Source: Candidatus Alkanophaga liquidiphilum
GTDB taxonomy: Archaea > Halobacteriota > Syntropharchaeia > Alkanophagales > B39-G2
Reading direction: 5' to 3'
DNA length: 64,000 bases
Assembly: GCA_029259535.1 (NCBI GenBank)
Contig: JAPHEF010000001.1
Span: forward strand, 21,399 to 85,398
The notes under the pieces are model-generated. The model worked only from the letters and a program-made list of their open reading frames with translations, was not told the origin of the DNA and made no database searches. Position 1 is the first letter of the stretch. The number at the start of each line of letters is the position of its first letter. Positions 18,425 through 28,213 of this stretch are shown here, piece by piece. The position numbers were made by a program, and so were the translations under genes.

Positions 18425-19123
18425 TTGATGCGGCTGGGGGCGTTGTTCAGCTCGGGGAAAGATAGCACGCTCGCATTATACGAGGCGATGCGGCGGCGGG
18501 GCTATGAGGTAAAATGCCTTATCACTGTGGAGAGCGAGAATCCATACTCCTTCATGTTCCATACGCCGAATGTGCATCTTACGAGGTTGCAGGCTGAGGC
18601 GATGCGGCTGCCCCTCGTCGTAAGGGCAACCGTCGGTAGGGAAGAAGAAGAGCTTGAGGATTTGCGAGATGCGGTGCGAGCAGCTGTTGAAAACTTCGGG
18701 ATTGAAGGCGTGGTTGCGGGCGCTGTCCTTTCGAGTTATCAAAGGAAGCGGATTGAGGAAATATGTGAAGAGCTGTCTCTTGAAGCAGTTCTTCCTCTGT
18801 GGGGGAGAGACCAAAAAGAGCTGCTTGCGACCTTGCTCGATGAGGGTTTTGAAGTGATATTCACGGCGGTTGCCGCATACGGCTTCGACAAGAGTTGGCT
18901 CGGTGCGAGACTTGACGAGGAGCGGGTGCGGCGGCTTCTCGCCCTCAACGCCAAATATGGAGTGAGCATAGTCGGGGAGGGCGGAGAGTTCGAGACTCTC
19001 GTTCTCGATGCCCCGCCGTTCGAAAAGCGTCTCAAGATACTCGAATTTGAAATTCTTGAGGAAGGTGCGCACGCCGCAAGGCTCGTCGTCAAGAAAGCAA
19101 CATTGGTAGAAAGCCGTAGTTAG
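18425..19123 (+). CDS. dph6: PP-loop ATPase of the MJ0570/Dph6 (diphthine-ammonia ligase) family
   Basis: The N-terminal PP-loop ALFSSGKDS matches the SGGKDS type. Length is ~230 aa. Confidence 0.65.
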   Translation: MMRLGALFSSGKDSTLALYEAMRRRGYEVKCLITVESENPYSFMFHTPNVHLTRLQAEAMRLPLVVRATVGREEEELEDLRDAVRAAVENFGIEGVVAGAVLSSYQRKRIEEICEELSLEAVLPLWGRDQKELLATLLDEGFEVIFTAVAAYGFDKSWLGARLDEERVRRLLALNAKYGVSIVGEGGEFETLVLDAPPFEKRLKILEFEILEEGAHAARLVVKKATLVESRS

Positions 19124-19236
19124 CCGACGCCGTTAGAGCAAAGCTCTACAGCCGCTCCAGCTTTGCTTATTCCCGCCATTACCCACGCCCCCGCGACCAG
19201 GCTGCTCCACTCACCGCAGCATCGCTTATGCCGCCG

Positions 19237-19950
19237 CTACGCCAAGCCAACGGTTTCACAAGCTTTAACGATGTCCTTGCCCTCGATGAATACAAAACCG
19301 TGTTCAGCGGCGTAGGCTTTTGCGTCCTTTTTCGAGAGCGCCATGCCCGTGCTGGCATCAAGCATCTCACAAATCACCATCGCAGGCGTGACGCCCGCAA
19401 GCATCGCAAGCGCAACCGAAAGCTCGGTCTGCCCCTGCCGCTCTTTTACGAGGCGGTCTGCGGACCTTAAGATCGCAACGTGCCCTGGCGTCCTGAACTC
19501 CGCACTGAAGTCGTAGCGCTCGCCATTTAAGACGCTACGCACTGCCTCCCCTATCTTCCTAATAGTCAAAGCTCGGTCTCTATCGGTTATGCCCGTAAAC
19601 GTCGCTCTGTGGTTGACCCAGAGTGAAAACGAAGATCGTTTATCGTAGGGGACATCGCCCTCGCGCTCCACGAGCCGTTTCACCGCCAAAAACCTTTCAC
19701 CCACGCTACCCAACACGTCGCTCACAAAAGGAAGTCCCAGTCTCTCAGCGGCGCCGCCGTGAATCGCCACGCAGACCAATCCTCCACCGTCCCTGCGGAG
19801 GCGTGCCACATCGGCGGGCATCGTCGCCAGTGCCGGCAGCGCAAGATCGGTCTCGCCCTCGCGGTCGTCGGCGTCGTATATCAGCACCATCCTGCCCTCT
19901 CTTATGCTCTCGACAGCTGCCTTTACCACCTCAGGCAACCTCTTTGACAT
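19237..19950 (-). CDS. ribB: 3,4-dihydroxy-2-butanone 4-phosphate synthase
   Basis: LIYDADDREGETDLAL matches the RibB signature (D.REnEGDL). The start was set at ATG 19950 (MSKRLPE), which has a GGAGGT RBS 10 nt upstream. The longer ORF to 19989 is an alternative. Confidence 0.8.
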   Translation of the reverse strand: MSKRLPEVVKAAVESIREGRMVLIYDADDREGETDLALPALATMPADVARLRRDGGGLVCVAIHGGAAERLGLPFVSDVLGSVGERFLAVKRLVEREGDVPYDKRSSFSLWVNHRATFTGITDRDRALTIRKIGEAVRSVLNGERYDFSAEFRTPGHVAILRSADRLVKERQGQTELSVALAMLAGVTPAMVICEMLDASTGMALSKKDAKAYAAEHGFVFIEGKDIVKACETVGLA

Positions 19951-20000
19951 TTTACGTCTTACCTCCCACATGCCCTCTCCTTTTTCCATGCTTAACCCGC

Positions 20001-20687
20001 TCAGCTTAACATAATCTTCACTCGCAGCTCGTCGCCGTCTTCGAGTCCGAGTTTCTCCCTGAGATTGACTGGCGAGATGATTTCGACGACGTTATCGGGG
20101 TAGTGCGTCCGCTCAGGAATGACCACTGCGCACTGCACGCCGTCGCAGCCGTCCCGTAGAATCTCGCAGAAGAAGCACTTGCTGCCGCCAAACGTCCTGC
20201 CCTCAGCGGTGAAGCTCTCGATTTTTATCCCACTTCTGGCGTCGAGCCGCCGCCGCAGCACGACGCTCCCGTCCCTTAACAGCAAATTGAGCGTCCCGGG
20301 GTAGGGGACGAAGCCCAGCTTCTCCCTGAACTGCCGCACGTAGCCCTCCCGGGAGACGTAGTAGCGCCCCTCGCCCAGACCCGAAACCACGCTGCCAACA
20401 AGCTCCACACTCTCGTTGCCCTCCATCCCTGAGAATATCCTTTGATATTCTTCAAATTCGCTCTTCAAAAGGTCTATACCTTTTTCCGTCACAACGATCC
20501 ACTGCCCGTCGGCTACAATATCTCTACGTATTAGCCCTTCCCTTTCAAGCTCTTGTAATCTTCGTGAAGCGGTCTGCATGCTCGTCTCAAGCACCTTTGC
20601 GAACTCTGCCGATGAGATTTTCAGCGGGCGCTCCATGGCGCCGAGGAGCGCTAATTTCCTCAACGCTGCCGTCTTCCCCTCACCCAT
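20001..20687 (-). CDS. ribK: Archaeal CTP-dependent riboflavin kinase with N-terminal HTH
   Basis: An N-terminal winged HTH is followed by an MJ0056-type RibK domain (GYVPYPGTLNL, ERTHYPDNVVEI). Adjacent to ribB. Confidence 0.8.
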   Translation of the reverse strand: MGEGKTAALRKLALLGAMERPLKISSAEFAKVLETSMQTASRRLQELEREGLIRRDIVADGQWIVVTEKGIDLLKSEFEEYQRIFSGMEGNESVELVGSVVSGLGEGRYYVSREGYVRQFREKLGFVPYPGTLNLLLRDGSVVLRRRLDARSGIKIESFTAEGRTFGGSKCFFCEILRDGCDGVQCAVVIPERTHYPDNVVEIISPVNLREKLGLEDGDELRVKIMLS

Positions 20688-20777
20688 GGCCCCATCTCAG
20701 ATTTGAGATATATCCCAATTTTGGGGACTAATATTTAAAGCTTACTCTTTGAACTGGTTACCGCCGAGGCGTAACAT

Positions 20778-22007
20778 CTATGCAAGGCGGCGCCGCAGGT
20801 AATCCTCGACGACGAACGCTGCGAGGTTTTCGGGCTTTGCAAAGAAGACTCTACCGAGGCTCTCTCGTGCGAGCATTCTTGCGAGCCTTCTGAGGTGTGG
20901 TTTGTCGTCAAGCATGATGATGTCGAGCGAGATGTTTTCATCCCGGTATTTTGACGCCTCCCGCAGAACTCCTTTCACCGCACGCCTGAACCCGACGTAA
21001 ACGCCATCTTCGGTGTTAGGCTCGGAGTCCGTCAGCAAATATGCATGTTTTTCGCCACTTTCCCTGTGAGCGGCACGCCTGAAGGCGCTCATGCCCTCTG
21101 CCATGCCCGTATTGCCGCCAGCTCGCATCCGCACGAGCTCCCACGCTGGGATTTCCGTCGCAAATTCCGAAAACACGAAAATCTTGAGCGTGTCGGAGTG
21201 CTTTCGCATGAGTTCAGAAAGGGCTAAAGACGCCTCGATGGCAGCCATCATCTTCCTGTTGTAGTTCATCGAGCCGCTCTTGTCGATTATCAAGCCCGCG
21301 AAGACCTTTCTCTTGTGGGAAGTTTTGTGGACTATGAAGTCCTCTTCCCTCAGCTCCCGCAGGGAAAAATCCCGATGCATGGCATTGAGCAGCGTCTCTT
21401 CGATGGAAACGAGCTCGTAGTCATCACCGAACTCGTAGGGTCTTAAAGAGGTAGAGAGCTTCGAGCCGTGCCGCCCCGGCGGCGTCGGCATGCCGACGGC
21501 GCCGAAAACGCCACTGCGTCGCTCAAGCGCATCTTTCACTATGCGGCGGGCGAGTTTTCTTGCCCCTTTTGGTGTGATGCTCACGATGTCGCCTTCGATG
21601 CGTATGTAGCCCTTCTCTTCGAGGTCCTTTAGAACCCGCTCTACGTCCTCCCTTTTTATCCCGTAGTCCCAGATCAGCGAGGTTATCCTCTTTTCCCTCT
21701 TCCGCCGTTCTCTATCCTCCCTTATGCCCTCTACAAGCTCTTCAACTGACGCCCCTTCCATAATCTTGTCGATTACTGTGTAGGAAACTTCCTCGTCATA
21801 CTCCTTCAGCTCCTCCCTGCGTCTTTCTTTTTCTTCGTCCACCTCTTGCAGCCGTTCCGCCGCCACCTCCTCCGCCCGCCGTCGCATCACGTCATACTCG
21901 TGTATTCGCTGCGCTATCTCTTCTATGCTCCTCTGCGCCCCCCCCGCCATTTCTCTTAAAAGTTCAACCTCCTCAAGCACGTCCGCGGTGCAGTAGCGCA
22001 TCCTCAT
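20778..22007 (-). CDS. von Willebrand factor A (VWA) domain protein with N-terminal charged coiled-coil and winged-helix segment
   Basis: The MIDAS motif IIDKSGSMN is followed by conserved T and D positions. The N-terminal ~120 aa are E/R/K-rich. A wHTH-like segment (LKDLEEKGYIRIEGD) is present. Confidence 0.6.
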   Translation of the reverse strand: MRMRYCTADVLEEVELLREMAGGAQRSIEEIAQRIHEYDVMRRRAEEVAAERLQEVDEEKERRREELKEYDEEVSYTVIDKIMEGASVEELVEGIREDRERRKREKRITSLIWDYGIKREDVERVLKDLEEKGYIRIEGDIVSITPKGARKLARRIVKDALERRSGVFGAVGMPTPPGRHGSKLSTSLRPYEFGDDYELVSIEETLLNAMHRDFSLRELREEDFIVHKTSHKRKVFAGLIIDKSGSMNYNRKMMAAIEASLALSELMRKHSDTLKIFVFSEFATEIPAWELVRMRAGGNTGMAEGMSAFRRAAHRESGEKHAYLLTDSEPNTEDGVYVGFRRAVKGVLREASKYRDENISLDIIMLDDKPHLRRLARMLARESLGRVFFAKPENLAAFVVEDYLRRRLA

Positions 22008-22037
22008 AATAACATAAGAGTCAAATATGATAAGAAT

Positions 22038-22802
22038 ATGAGATTGGAAAACCTGATAAAAAGGGCGGCAAAGGACGTAGCAAAAGCGAAGAAGGTCGTA
22101 GCACTAACCGGCGCCGGCATTTCTGTGGAGAGCGGCATCGCGCCGTTCAGGGGCAAGGGCGGGCTCTGGGAGAAGTTCAACCCTGAGGAATATGCGCACA
22201 TCAACGCCTTCAGGCGGCATCCAGAGAAGGTATGGTCGGTGCTGCTAAAAGACATGTTCGAGGTCATCAAAAATGCGCAGCCAAATCCTGCGCATCTTGC
22301 GCTTGCGAGGCTTGAGAAGTTGGGGAAGTTACACTGCGTCATCACGCAGAACGTTGATGGGCTGCACCAGAAGGCTGGAAATACTGACGTCATCGAGTTT
22401 CATGGCACGCTCGCTTGGCTCGTCTGCTTGGACTGCGGGAAGCGGTTCAAGACTGAAGAATATAAGGTGAAAGAGATGCCGCCGAGGTGCGAATGCGGCG
22501 GCGTTCTGAAGCCGGACGCCGTATTCTTCGGCGAGCCGATACCCGTAGAGGCGCTGCGACGCTCACAGCACGAGGCGAGAACATGCGACGTCATGCTCGT
22601 CATCGGAACATCTGCCGTTGTTTACCCTGCGGCGAGCATCCCCATCATCGCAAAAAACGCAGGTGCCACCATCATCGAGATAAACCCCGAAGCGACACCT
22701 CTCACGGGCGTCGTCTCTGACTACATCATCGAAGGGAATGCTGGAGAAGTCCTGCCAAAAATCGTTGATGAAGTGGAGAAGCTTTTGAGGGCTCAGGAGT
22801 AG
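22038..22802 (+). CDS. cobB: NAD-dependent protein deacylase (sirtuin, Sir2/CobB)
   Basis: GAGISVESGIAPFRG, QNVDGLH and HG are present, with a Zn-ribbon CLDCG...CECGG. Confidence 0.85.
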   Translation: MRLENLIKRAAKDVAKAKKVVALTGAGISVESGIAPFRGKGGLWEKFNPEEYAHINAFRRHPEKVWSVLLKDMFEVIKNAQPNPAHLALARLEKLGKLHCVITQNVDGLHQKAGNTDVIEFHGTLAWLVCLDCGKRFKTEEYKVKEMPPRCECGGVLKPDAVFFGEPIPVEALRRSQHEARTCDVMLVIGTSAVVYPAASIPIIAKNAGATIIEINPEATPLTGVVSDYIIEGNAGEVLPKIVDEVEKLLRAQE

Positions 22803-22895
22803 TCTGACGAAAGAGCCGTCGTCAAAATAAGCGCCGAGCCCTTTAATTCGAACTCAAAAGAGATAAATACGAGAGTTACGTCCTCATTATCGCAG

Positions 22896-24575
22896 ATGCC
22901 CGGGCGTGCAGAAGAGATTTGGATTGAGAAATACCGCCCTAAGACGCTCGACGAGATTGTAGGGCAGGAGGAAATCGTCAGAAACCTCAAGTCCTACGTT
23001 AAAGCGGGAAACATGCCGCATCTCATCTTTTCAGGACCCGCAGGCGTCGGGAAGACGGCAGCGGCAGTAGCGCTCGCCAGGGAGTTTTTCGGCGACGCCT
23101 ACGAAGAGAACTTCACCGAATTAAATGCATCGGTGACGCCTGAGACCGTCTTAGTGCTGCGTGCCGGCGGCAATATAACGAGTTTGAGTTTCAAGGAGCT
23201 TGACAAGCTGATTTTTGGAGATGACAAGGAAGAAGAATATGCAATATTACAAGGGGTCGAAGTCCTCTCGGTGGCAGATTACAAAATCAAATTCATGCCC
23301 GTCTCGGCGGTTGCAAGGCACAAAGCCGAACGTATTTTGAGAATAAAGCACGAGGGCGGGGAAATAAGCGTCACCCCTGACCATTCTTTAATCGTAATCA
23401 CTGAGAGCGGAGCTCTCGCTTCAAAACCCGCCGCAGAAGTGGAAACTGGCTCGTTTCTGATCTCCTTCTGCGATGGCGGCGGCAAGCTCCCCGCAGAACC
23501 CCTCTTGAATTTCCTCAGGAACGCAAACGCTGTAAGTTGGCATTTGAGCAACGTATGCAGCGCCGCCGACACCATTGAGAAATCGAAGATGTTGGGTGCC
23601 ATTAGGTCGGTTAACGCTAAGGAACTACACGAGGGAGAACAAAAGACCTTTGAGACGCTTAGGAAGCTTGCAAGCTCTAAGCTTCACGTCTTAAAAGTCA
23701 AGGACGTGAAAGAGATGAGCTACGACGGCTGGGTTTACGACGTGGGCGTCCCACGCACCGAGATGTTTTGGGGTTTCGCCGCTAACGGCAGAGTCACGTC
23801 TGTGATGGCGCCGCCCGTTTTGCTGCATAATTCAGACGAACGGGGCATAGATGTCGTGCGCAACAACATAAAGAATTTTGCGAGGATGATGGCCGTCGGC
23901 GGGAAGTTTAAGATAATTTTCCTTGACGAGGCTGACGCTCTCACCGACGCCGCCCAGTCCGCCTTAAGAAGGACGATGGAGCGCTACTCCGCAACGTGCA
24001 GGTTCATCTTCAGCTGCAACTACTCTTCAAAGATAATAGAGCCGATACAGTCGAGGTGCGCAGTTTATCGATTCAAGGCACTCCCCTATGACGCCATAAA
24101 GAAAAGGCTTCTCTACATTGCAAAGCAGGAACGCCTTAAGATTTCGGAGGAGGTCATAAAGGCGATATATGACGTTGCGGGTGGCGACATGCGACGAGCG
24201 ATAAATGCGCTGCAGAGCGCCGCCGCAGTGAGCAAGGAAATAACGCCAGAAATCATATACAATATCACGGCGACGCCGAGTCCCGAGGTGGTGGAGGCGC
24301 TGATAAGAAAAGCGTTATATGAAGATTTCTTTGAAGCTCTTGAGATGCTTAACACGCTTCTGGACGAGAAGGGCGTGGCGCCCGACGAGTTGCTTACACA
24401 GATGCATAAAACACTTTTGAATATGGAAATACCACCCGAAAAGAAGGTTTATTTGATAGACAGGATAGGAGAAGTGGATTTTAGGATTGCGGAGGGGGCG
24501 AACGAGCGAATTCAGCTTGAGGGGCTGCTCGCATTCTTTCACCTTTATGGAGGGCAGCGAGCTGGGGGCGTTTGA
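22896..24575 (+). CDS. rfcS: Replication factor C small subunit containing an in-frame intein
   Basis: The exteins give the canonical RFC small subunit. Walker A GPAGVGKT precedes ELNA|(intein)|SDERGIDVVR. The downstream RFC boxes follow (DEAD-like FLDEAD, SRC). Extein length is ~325 aa. Confidence 0.85.
   Translation: MPGRAEEIWIEKYRPKTLDEIVGQEEIVRNLKSYVKAGNMPHLIFSGPAGVGKTAAAVALAREFFGDAYEENFTELNASVTPETVLVLRAGGNITSLSFKELDKLIFGDDKEEEYAILQGVEVLSVADYKIKFMPVSAVARHKAERILRIKHEGGEISVTPDHSLIVITESGALASKPAAEVETGSFLISFCDGGGKLPAEPLLNFLRNANAVSWHLSNVCSAADTIEKSKMLGAIRSVNAKELHEGEQKTFETLRKLASSKLHVLKVKDVKEMSYDGWVYDVGVPRTEMFWGFAANGRVTSVMAPPVLLHNSDERGIDVVRNNIKNFARMMAVGGKFKIIFLDEADALTDAAQSALRRTMERYSATCRFIFSCNYSSKIIEPIQSRCAVYRFKALPYDAIKKRLLYIAKQERLKISEEVIKAIYDVAGGDMRRAINALQSAAAVSKEITPEIIYNITATPSPEVVEALIRKALYEDFFEALEMLNTLLDEKGVAPDELLTQMHKTLLNMEIPPEKKVYLIDRIGEVDFRIAEGANERIQLEGLLAFFHLYGGQRAGGV
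23130..23831 (+). other. Intein (~234 aa) inserted in RFC small subunit between ELNA and SDERGID
   Basis: The intein begins with Ser (block A SVTPETVLVL) and has block B TPDH. It ends ...VLLHN followed by the Ser +1 extein residue. No clear LAGLIDADG motif was seen. Confidence 0.7.
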
Positions 24576-24632
24576 CGTTTTAACCAATTATACCCTGTGC
24601 GCACTTCCCACTCGTATGAGACTTCTTTTTCT

Positions 24633-24962
24633 TCACTTGCGCCGCCTTGGCGTCAGCCTAAACTTTATAAGCGTAAATATTTCGTTTTCGCCGAAGTTCC
24701 CGTAGAACCGCCTGAGGTCACGTTTGAGACTTTTCTTGCTGCGATAGCCTTCTTCCCTGATGGTCGCCTCGTCAACCTCATCGAACGTGATGTAGCGGAC
24801 GTCGGTGATGAGCGCCTCGCCAAGATACTCCTTGCCGCATATCACCTTGACGACCTCGCCCGCTTTGTATTTTTTCCTGCCACGGCGGAGCGTTGCGGTC
24901 TTACGCCCGCTCTTCAGCTTCTTCAGGAACTTTTCGTTGAAATTCAGAAATTTCCTCCCCAT
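24633..24962 (-). CDS. ASCH (PUA-like) domain protein
   Basis: LKSGRKTATLR matches the ASCH N-terminal GxKTxxxR motif. The 62-nt overlap with the tmcA 3' end makes the start uncertain. Confidence 0.55.
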   Translation of the reverse strand: MGRKFLNFNEKFLKKLKSGRKTATLRRGRKKYKAGEVVKVICGKEYLGEALITDVRYITFDEVDEATIREEGYRSKKSLKRDLRRFYGNFGENEIFTLIKFRLTPRRRK

Positions 24963-27432
24963 ACGAGCGCAACATCCCTCCTGCCTCTTCGACGAAGTTT
25001 TTCAGGATGATGCCGACCGCCTCTCGAAGCTCGTTGGCGCACGTCGTTATGCTCCGCCGCACGACGTCCGCGACGTCCTCCCAGCTCCGACCCTGCAGCA
25101 CCCTCAGAATAAGCAGCCGCTCCTGGAAGTTGCTTAGCTTCTTCTCCAAGCGCAGGAAGTAGAGACGGACAAAGTCCGCAATACAGTCCGCCACAGCCTC
25201 ATATTTCAGCGGTCCGTATGCGTAAATAATCGCACGCCGCCAGCTCAAATCGTCTATGCTCAAAAGCTTGCGCAGCCACACCTCTCGCCATACGTCGCCC
25301 AATGCCACGCCCTCAACCTCGTCCTCTCCCGCCTCTTCAGCCTTTTCGTCCCCCACTGACGCCGCAGTCGTAGCCGCGGCGGTAGCGGCAGCGATGGAGC
25401 CTACTAACGCCGGCTTCCCGCTGAGGACGTTCCTCAATATTCTTATTATCAGGTAGGAGAGCCCAATTTCCAAGTCATTGAGCGGTTCCCTCAAGAGCTT
25501 CAAGAACCTTTCAAAGAAAAGCGCCGCAATTTCTTGGAACGCAGAGCGGGCGACGTCGCTCAGCGGTTTCACAACGACGACGGAATACTCGCCGCTAACT
25601 TCATTACGGGCGGGCGAGATGTGTATGGGGAAGAAGCCGCTTCTTGCCCAGAAGCGTAGGAGCTCGGAGGTTGCGCCGAAGCTTGATCCGAGCCAGTCGA
25701 TGTTCTTGCAGCGTGCCTCCTTTTCGATCTCAGCCAGCATTTTCGTGCCGATGCCACGACGCATGATTTCGGGGTGCGTAGCGATTCTGACGATTCTCCA
25801 GCCGCAGAGCTTGCTGAGGTCGCGGCAGCGGTAGTGTTTGATGAAAATATCTGGGATTAAGTTTCCGGGCGGCGCATACCCGTAATACATGGCTTCGACG
25901 TCCTCGTCGAGCAGCCCCCCCTCCGCTGCGAGCTGCACCGAGCATATTACGTGGTGGTTGATCGTGAGCATCCTCACCTCTTGGTTCGGCGCGTCACATA
26001 AAATCGCAAAGTCGTTCGGATTGTTCTTGTAGTGGGCAAGCACCAGAATCCCAAAATACTCACGCAGCACCTCCTCACGCTCGAAAAGCTCCTCGACACG
26101 GGCCGTCACATATTCGCAGGCATCTAACTGAACCTCCTCGAGCTTCCCGAAAGAAAACGGCTCCGCATCCAGCAACAGCGTCTTGAAAACCCAGTCCTCA
26201 ATCGGGTCAGCCTCGCTGTATCTTATAGGCTCGGTCATCTCATATTCGACGACGCTCTCCTTGCTCTCCCGCAGCCTGCGGAGGAAGCGGACTGAGAAAC
26301 CACGCCCAGCGCCCTCATAGCCGTGGACCGTTGATGAGAATATAACACGGGGTGCTTGCCTTAAGATGCGAAAGAGTAACGGAATCGGAATGGCGGCAGC
26401 TTCGTCCACGACGACGACGTCGTAGCGTTCTGCTTTGCGGGCGGCGTCCATTGGGCCCCACCACTCAATCAGCGAGGCCCCGCTACGCAGCTCGAATGTG
26501 AAGCCCTTATGCTCTTTCGCCGTCACCTTACGCCCGACACGCTCAAGCCCGATTCTCGCAAACCTGAAAACTTCGGTGACGTTCTCAAGTTCCGGCGACG
26601 TTAAAAGCGCTTTTAGCGCCCTGTTGCGTCTGCCGCTTGCCTCCACGAGGGCGGCAAGTCCCAAACCTATGATGCTCGACTTCCCACGCCCCCGGTTTGC
26701 AGTGAGCACGAAAATCCTCTTCGTCCCCTTTTCCAGCTCCTCCAACACTTTCAACGCTTCAACCTGGTCTTGCGTCAGGCAAAGCTCGTAAAAAATCTTC
26801 TTGAATCTTGGGCTTTCGGGGAGTTTCGGCAGTGGTCTTCGCCGTCGCCTCTTAATTTTCGAAGCGAGCGGCTTCTTGTGGATTCTGCCGTCTGCAGTCG
26901 CTATTGCGACGCCGTCGTGCTCAAAAAGCTTCTGAACAAACCAGCGGAGGAAGTTGCGGCGGATATCCGCCTCGTCGTAAGGCGGCGTAAGCATGATGTG
27001 ACGGTGGAACTTCGTTACCATCTCCACGAACTCGTCGAGCGGCGGGACGAGCATGAAAACGAGCCCGCCACCCCGCACGAGCCCCGCGAGCCTTCCGAGG
27101 TCTGAAGGCACGAGCGTCCTGTGGAAATCAAGAAGCATCGCGTCGAACGTCATGCCCAGGACCTTGAGTGTGTCCTTGAACTCAATAACTTGGAAGTCAG
27201 GATGCCTCTCAGGCACGTCTTCAAGAAACGAAGTGGCAAGCAACACCTTTCTTGCATCAAGCTCCTTTTCGTCAATCCTTCGCTGCAGCAGCGAGAACGC
27301 AAGCTCGTAACACTTTTTTTGCTCTCCAGCGATCACGAGCAGTCTCCGCTGCCTGCTACGCTCCGCCTCCCTCCAAAGGCGGTTCACGAGACTCTGCAAC
27401 TCCCTAGGCGCCCCTTTCCGCATGCGTCCCAT
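24901..27432 (-). CDS. tmcA: tRNA(Met) cytidine acetyltransferase TmcA (Nat10/Kre33-like helicase-GNAT protein)
   Basis: The 843 aa protein has Walker A TANRGRGKSS, DUF699-like helicase and GNAT segments (RIVRIATHPEIMRRGIGTKM), and a tRNA-binding C-terminus. Confidence 0.85.
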   Translation of the reverse strand: MGRMRKGAPRELQSLVNRLWREAERSRQRRLLVIAGEQKKCYELAFSLLQRRIDEKELDARKVLLATSFLEDVPERHPDFQVIEFKDTLKVLGMTFDAMLLDFHRTLVPSDLGRLAGLVRGGGLVFMLVPPLDEFVEMVTKFHRHIMLTPPYDEADIRRNFLRWFVQKLFEHDGVAIATADGRIHKKPLASKIKRRRRRPLPKLPESPRFKKIFYELCLTQDQVEALKVLEELEKGTKRIFVLTANRGRGKSSIIGLGLAALVEASGRRNRALKALLTSPELENVTEVFRFARIGLERVGRKVTAKEHKGFTFELRSGASLIEWWGPMDAARKAERYDVVVVDEAAAIPIPLLFRILRQAPRVIFSSTVHGYEGAGRGFSVRFLRRLRESKESVVEYEMTEPIRYSEADPIEDWVFKTLLLDAEPFSFGKLEEVQLDACEYVTARVEELFEREEVLREYFGILVLAHYKNNPNDFAILCDAPNQEVRMLTINHHVICSVQLAAEGGLLDEDVEAMYYGYAPPGNLIPDIFIKHYRCRDLSKLCGWRIVRIATHPEIMRRGIGTKMLAEIEKEARCKNIDWLGSSFGATSELLRFWARSGFFPIHISPARNEVSGEYSVVVVKPLSDVARSAFQEIAALFFERFLKLLREPLNDLEIGLSYLIIRILRNVLSGKPALVGSIAAATAAATTAASVGDEKAEEAGEDEVEGVALGDVWREVWLRKLLSIDDLSWRRAIIYAYGPLKYEAVADCIADFVRLYFLRLEKKLSNFQERLLILRVLQGRSWEDVADVVRRSITTCANELREAVGIILKNFVEEAGGMLRSYGEEISEFQRKVPEEAEERA

Positions 27433-27441
27433 AAGACCCCC

Positions 27442-28170
27442 TCAGCTCGCACGCCGCCCTATAGGCACTACGTATAACGGTGCGTGGTCATCGGGCATGC
27501 TTAGGAGCTCACGCACGTCGTCATCGAGGAACGCACCGACGACCGTCATCCCGAGACCGAGAGCCGTCGCCTGCAAATACAAGTTTTGTGCAGCGTGCCC
27601 CGCCTCCATGAAGACGTAACGCTCGCCTCGCTCCCCGTATTTCGCCTCCGTCCTCTCGAAAACTGCCGCAATCACAATGCTGACCGGCGCCGCTCGCACC
27701 CACGTCTGCCCGACGGCGGCTGCACAAAGCTCGTCACGCACGTCCCCGCTCTTAACCTTAGATAAACTGTGCTCGTGCGGCGAATAATGGAAGACGCCGG
27801 CGACAAGCTCGGAAACGCCGCTCTCGCCGACCGCCACATATATCTCAAGCGGGTATGTCATACCGGCGCTCGGCACCGCCCTTTTTCCAGCTTCAGGGTC
27901 AGTGATGCCCTGTGCTGCCCAGAGCAACTGCGAGAGCTCCTGAAGCGTCAAGGGCTCGTTTGCAAATCTACGAACTGACCGGCGCAGCGCAATTGTTTCC
28001 TCCACCGACATCTCGCCGGTGGTGCGTGGTGATGGCAGTTCTATTTCGTCAGGCGACGGCGTAACGTCGCTGACGGCGCGCATCTCTAAAATCACTGCGA
28101 CGCTGGCAAGCGCTGCGAGCACCGCTATCGTTACAAGGAGCATCCATTTCCGCCCAGCTCTCAACGGCAT
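27442..28170 (-). CDS. Nitroreductase-fold (SagB-type dehydrogenase-like) protein with N-terminal membrane anchor
   Basis: An N-terminal TM helix is followed by a nitroreductase-like core (PSAGMTYPLEIYV, FMEAGHAAQNLYLQATALGLG). Confidence 0.55.
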   Translation of the reverse strand: MPLRAGRKWMLLVTIAVLAALASVAVILEMRAVSDVTPSPDEIELPSPRTTGEMSVEETIALRRSVRRFANEPLTLQELSQLLWAAQGITDPEAGKRAVPSAGMTYPLEIYVAVGESGVSELVAGVFHYSPHEHSLSKVKSGDVRDELCAAAVGQTWVRAAPVSIVIAAVFERTEAKYGERGERYVFMEAGHAAQNLYLQATALGLGMTVVGAFLDDDVRELLSMPDDHAPLYVVPIGRRAS

Positions 28171-28213
28171 TCAAAAGGTTTATTTAAAATTAAATCATTT
28201 TAGAGTTTGGTGG

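Noticed and set aside
22038-22802. Sir2 protein as a possible defence-type SIR2 (Thoeris/DSR-like) effector
   Set aside because: It has the complete sirtuin Zn-ribbon (CxxC...CxxC) and the canonical GAGIS...QNVDGLH NAD pocket, with typical CobB length. There is no associated TIR/SLOG/helicase partner. It is a housekeeping deacylase.
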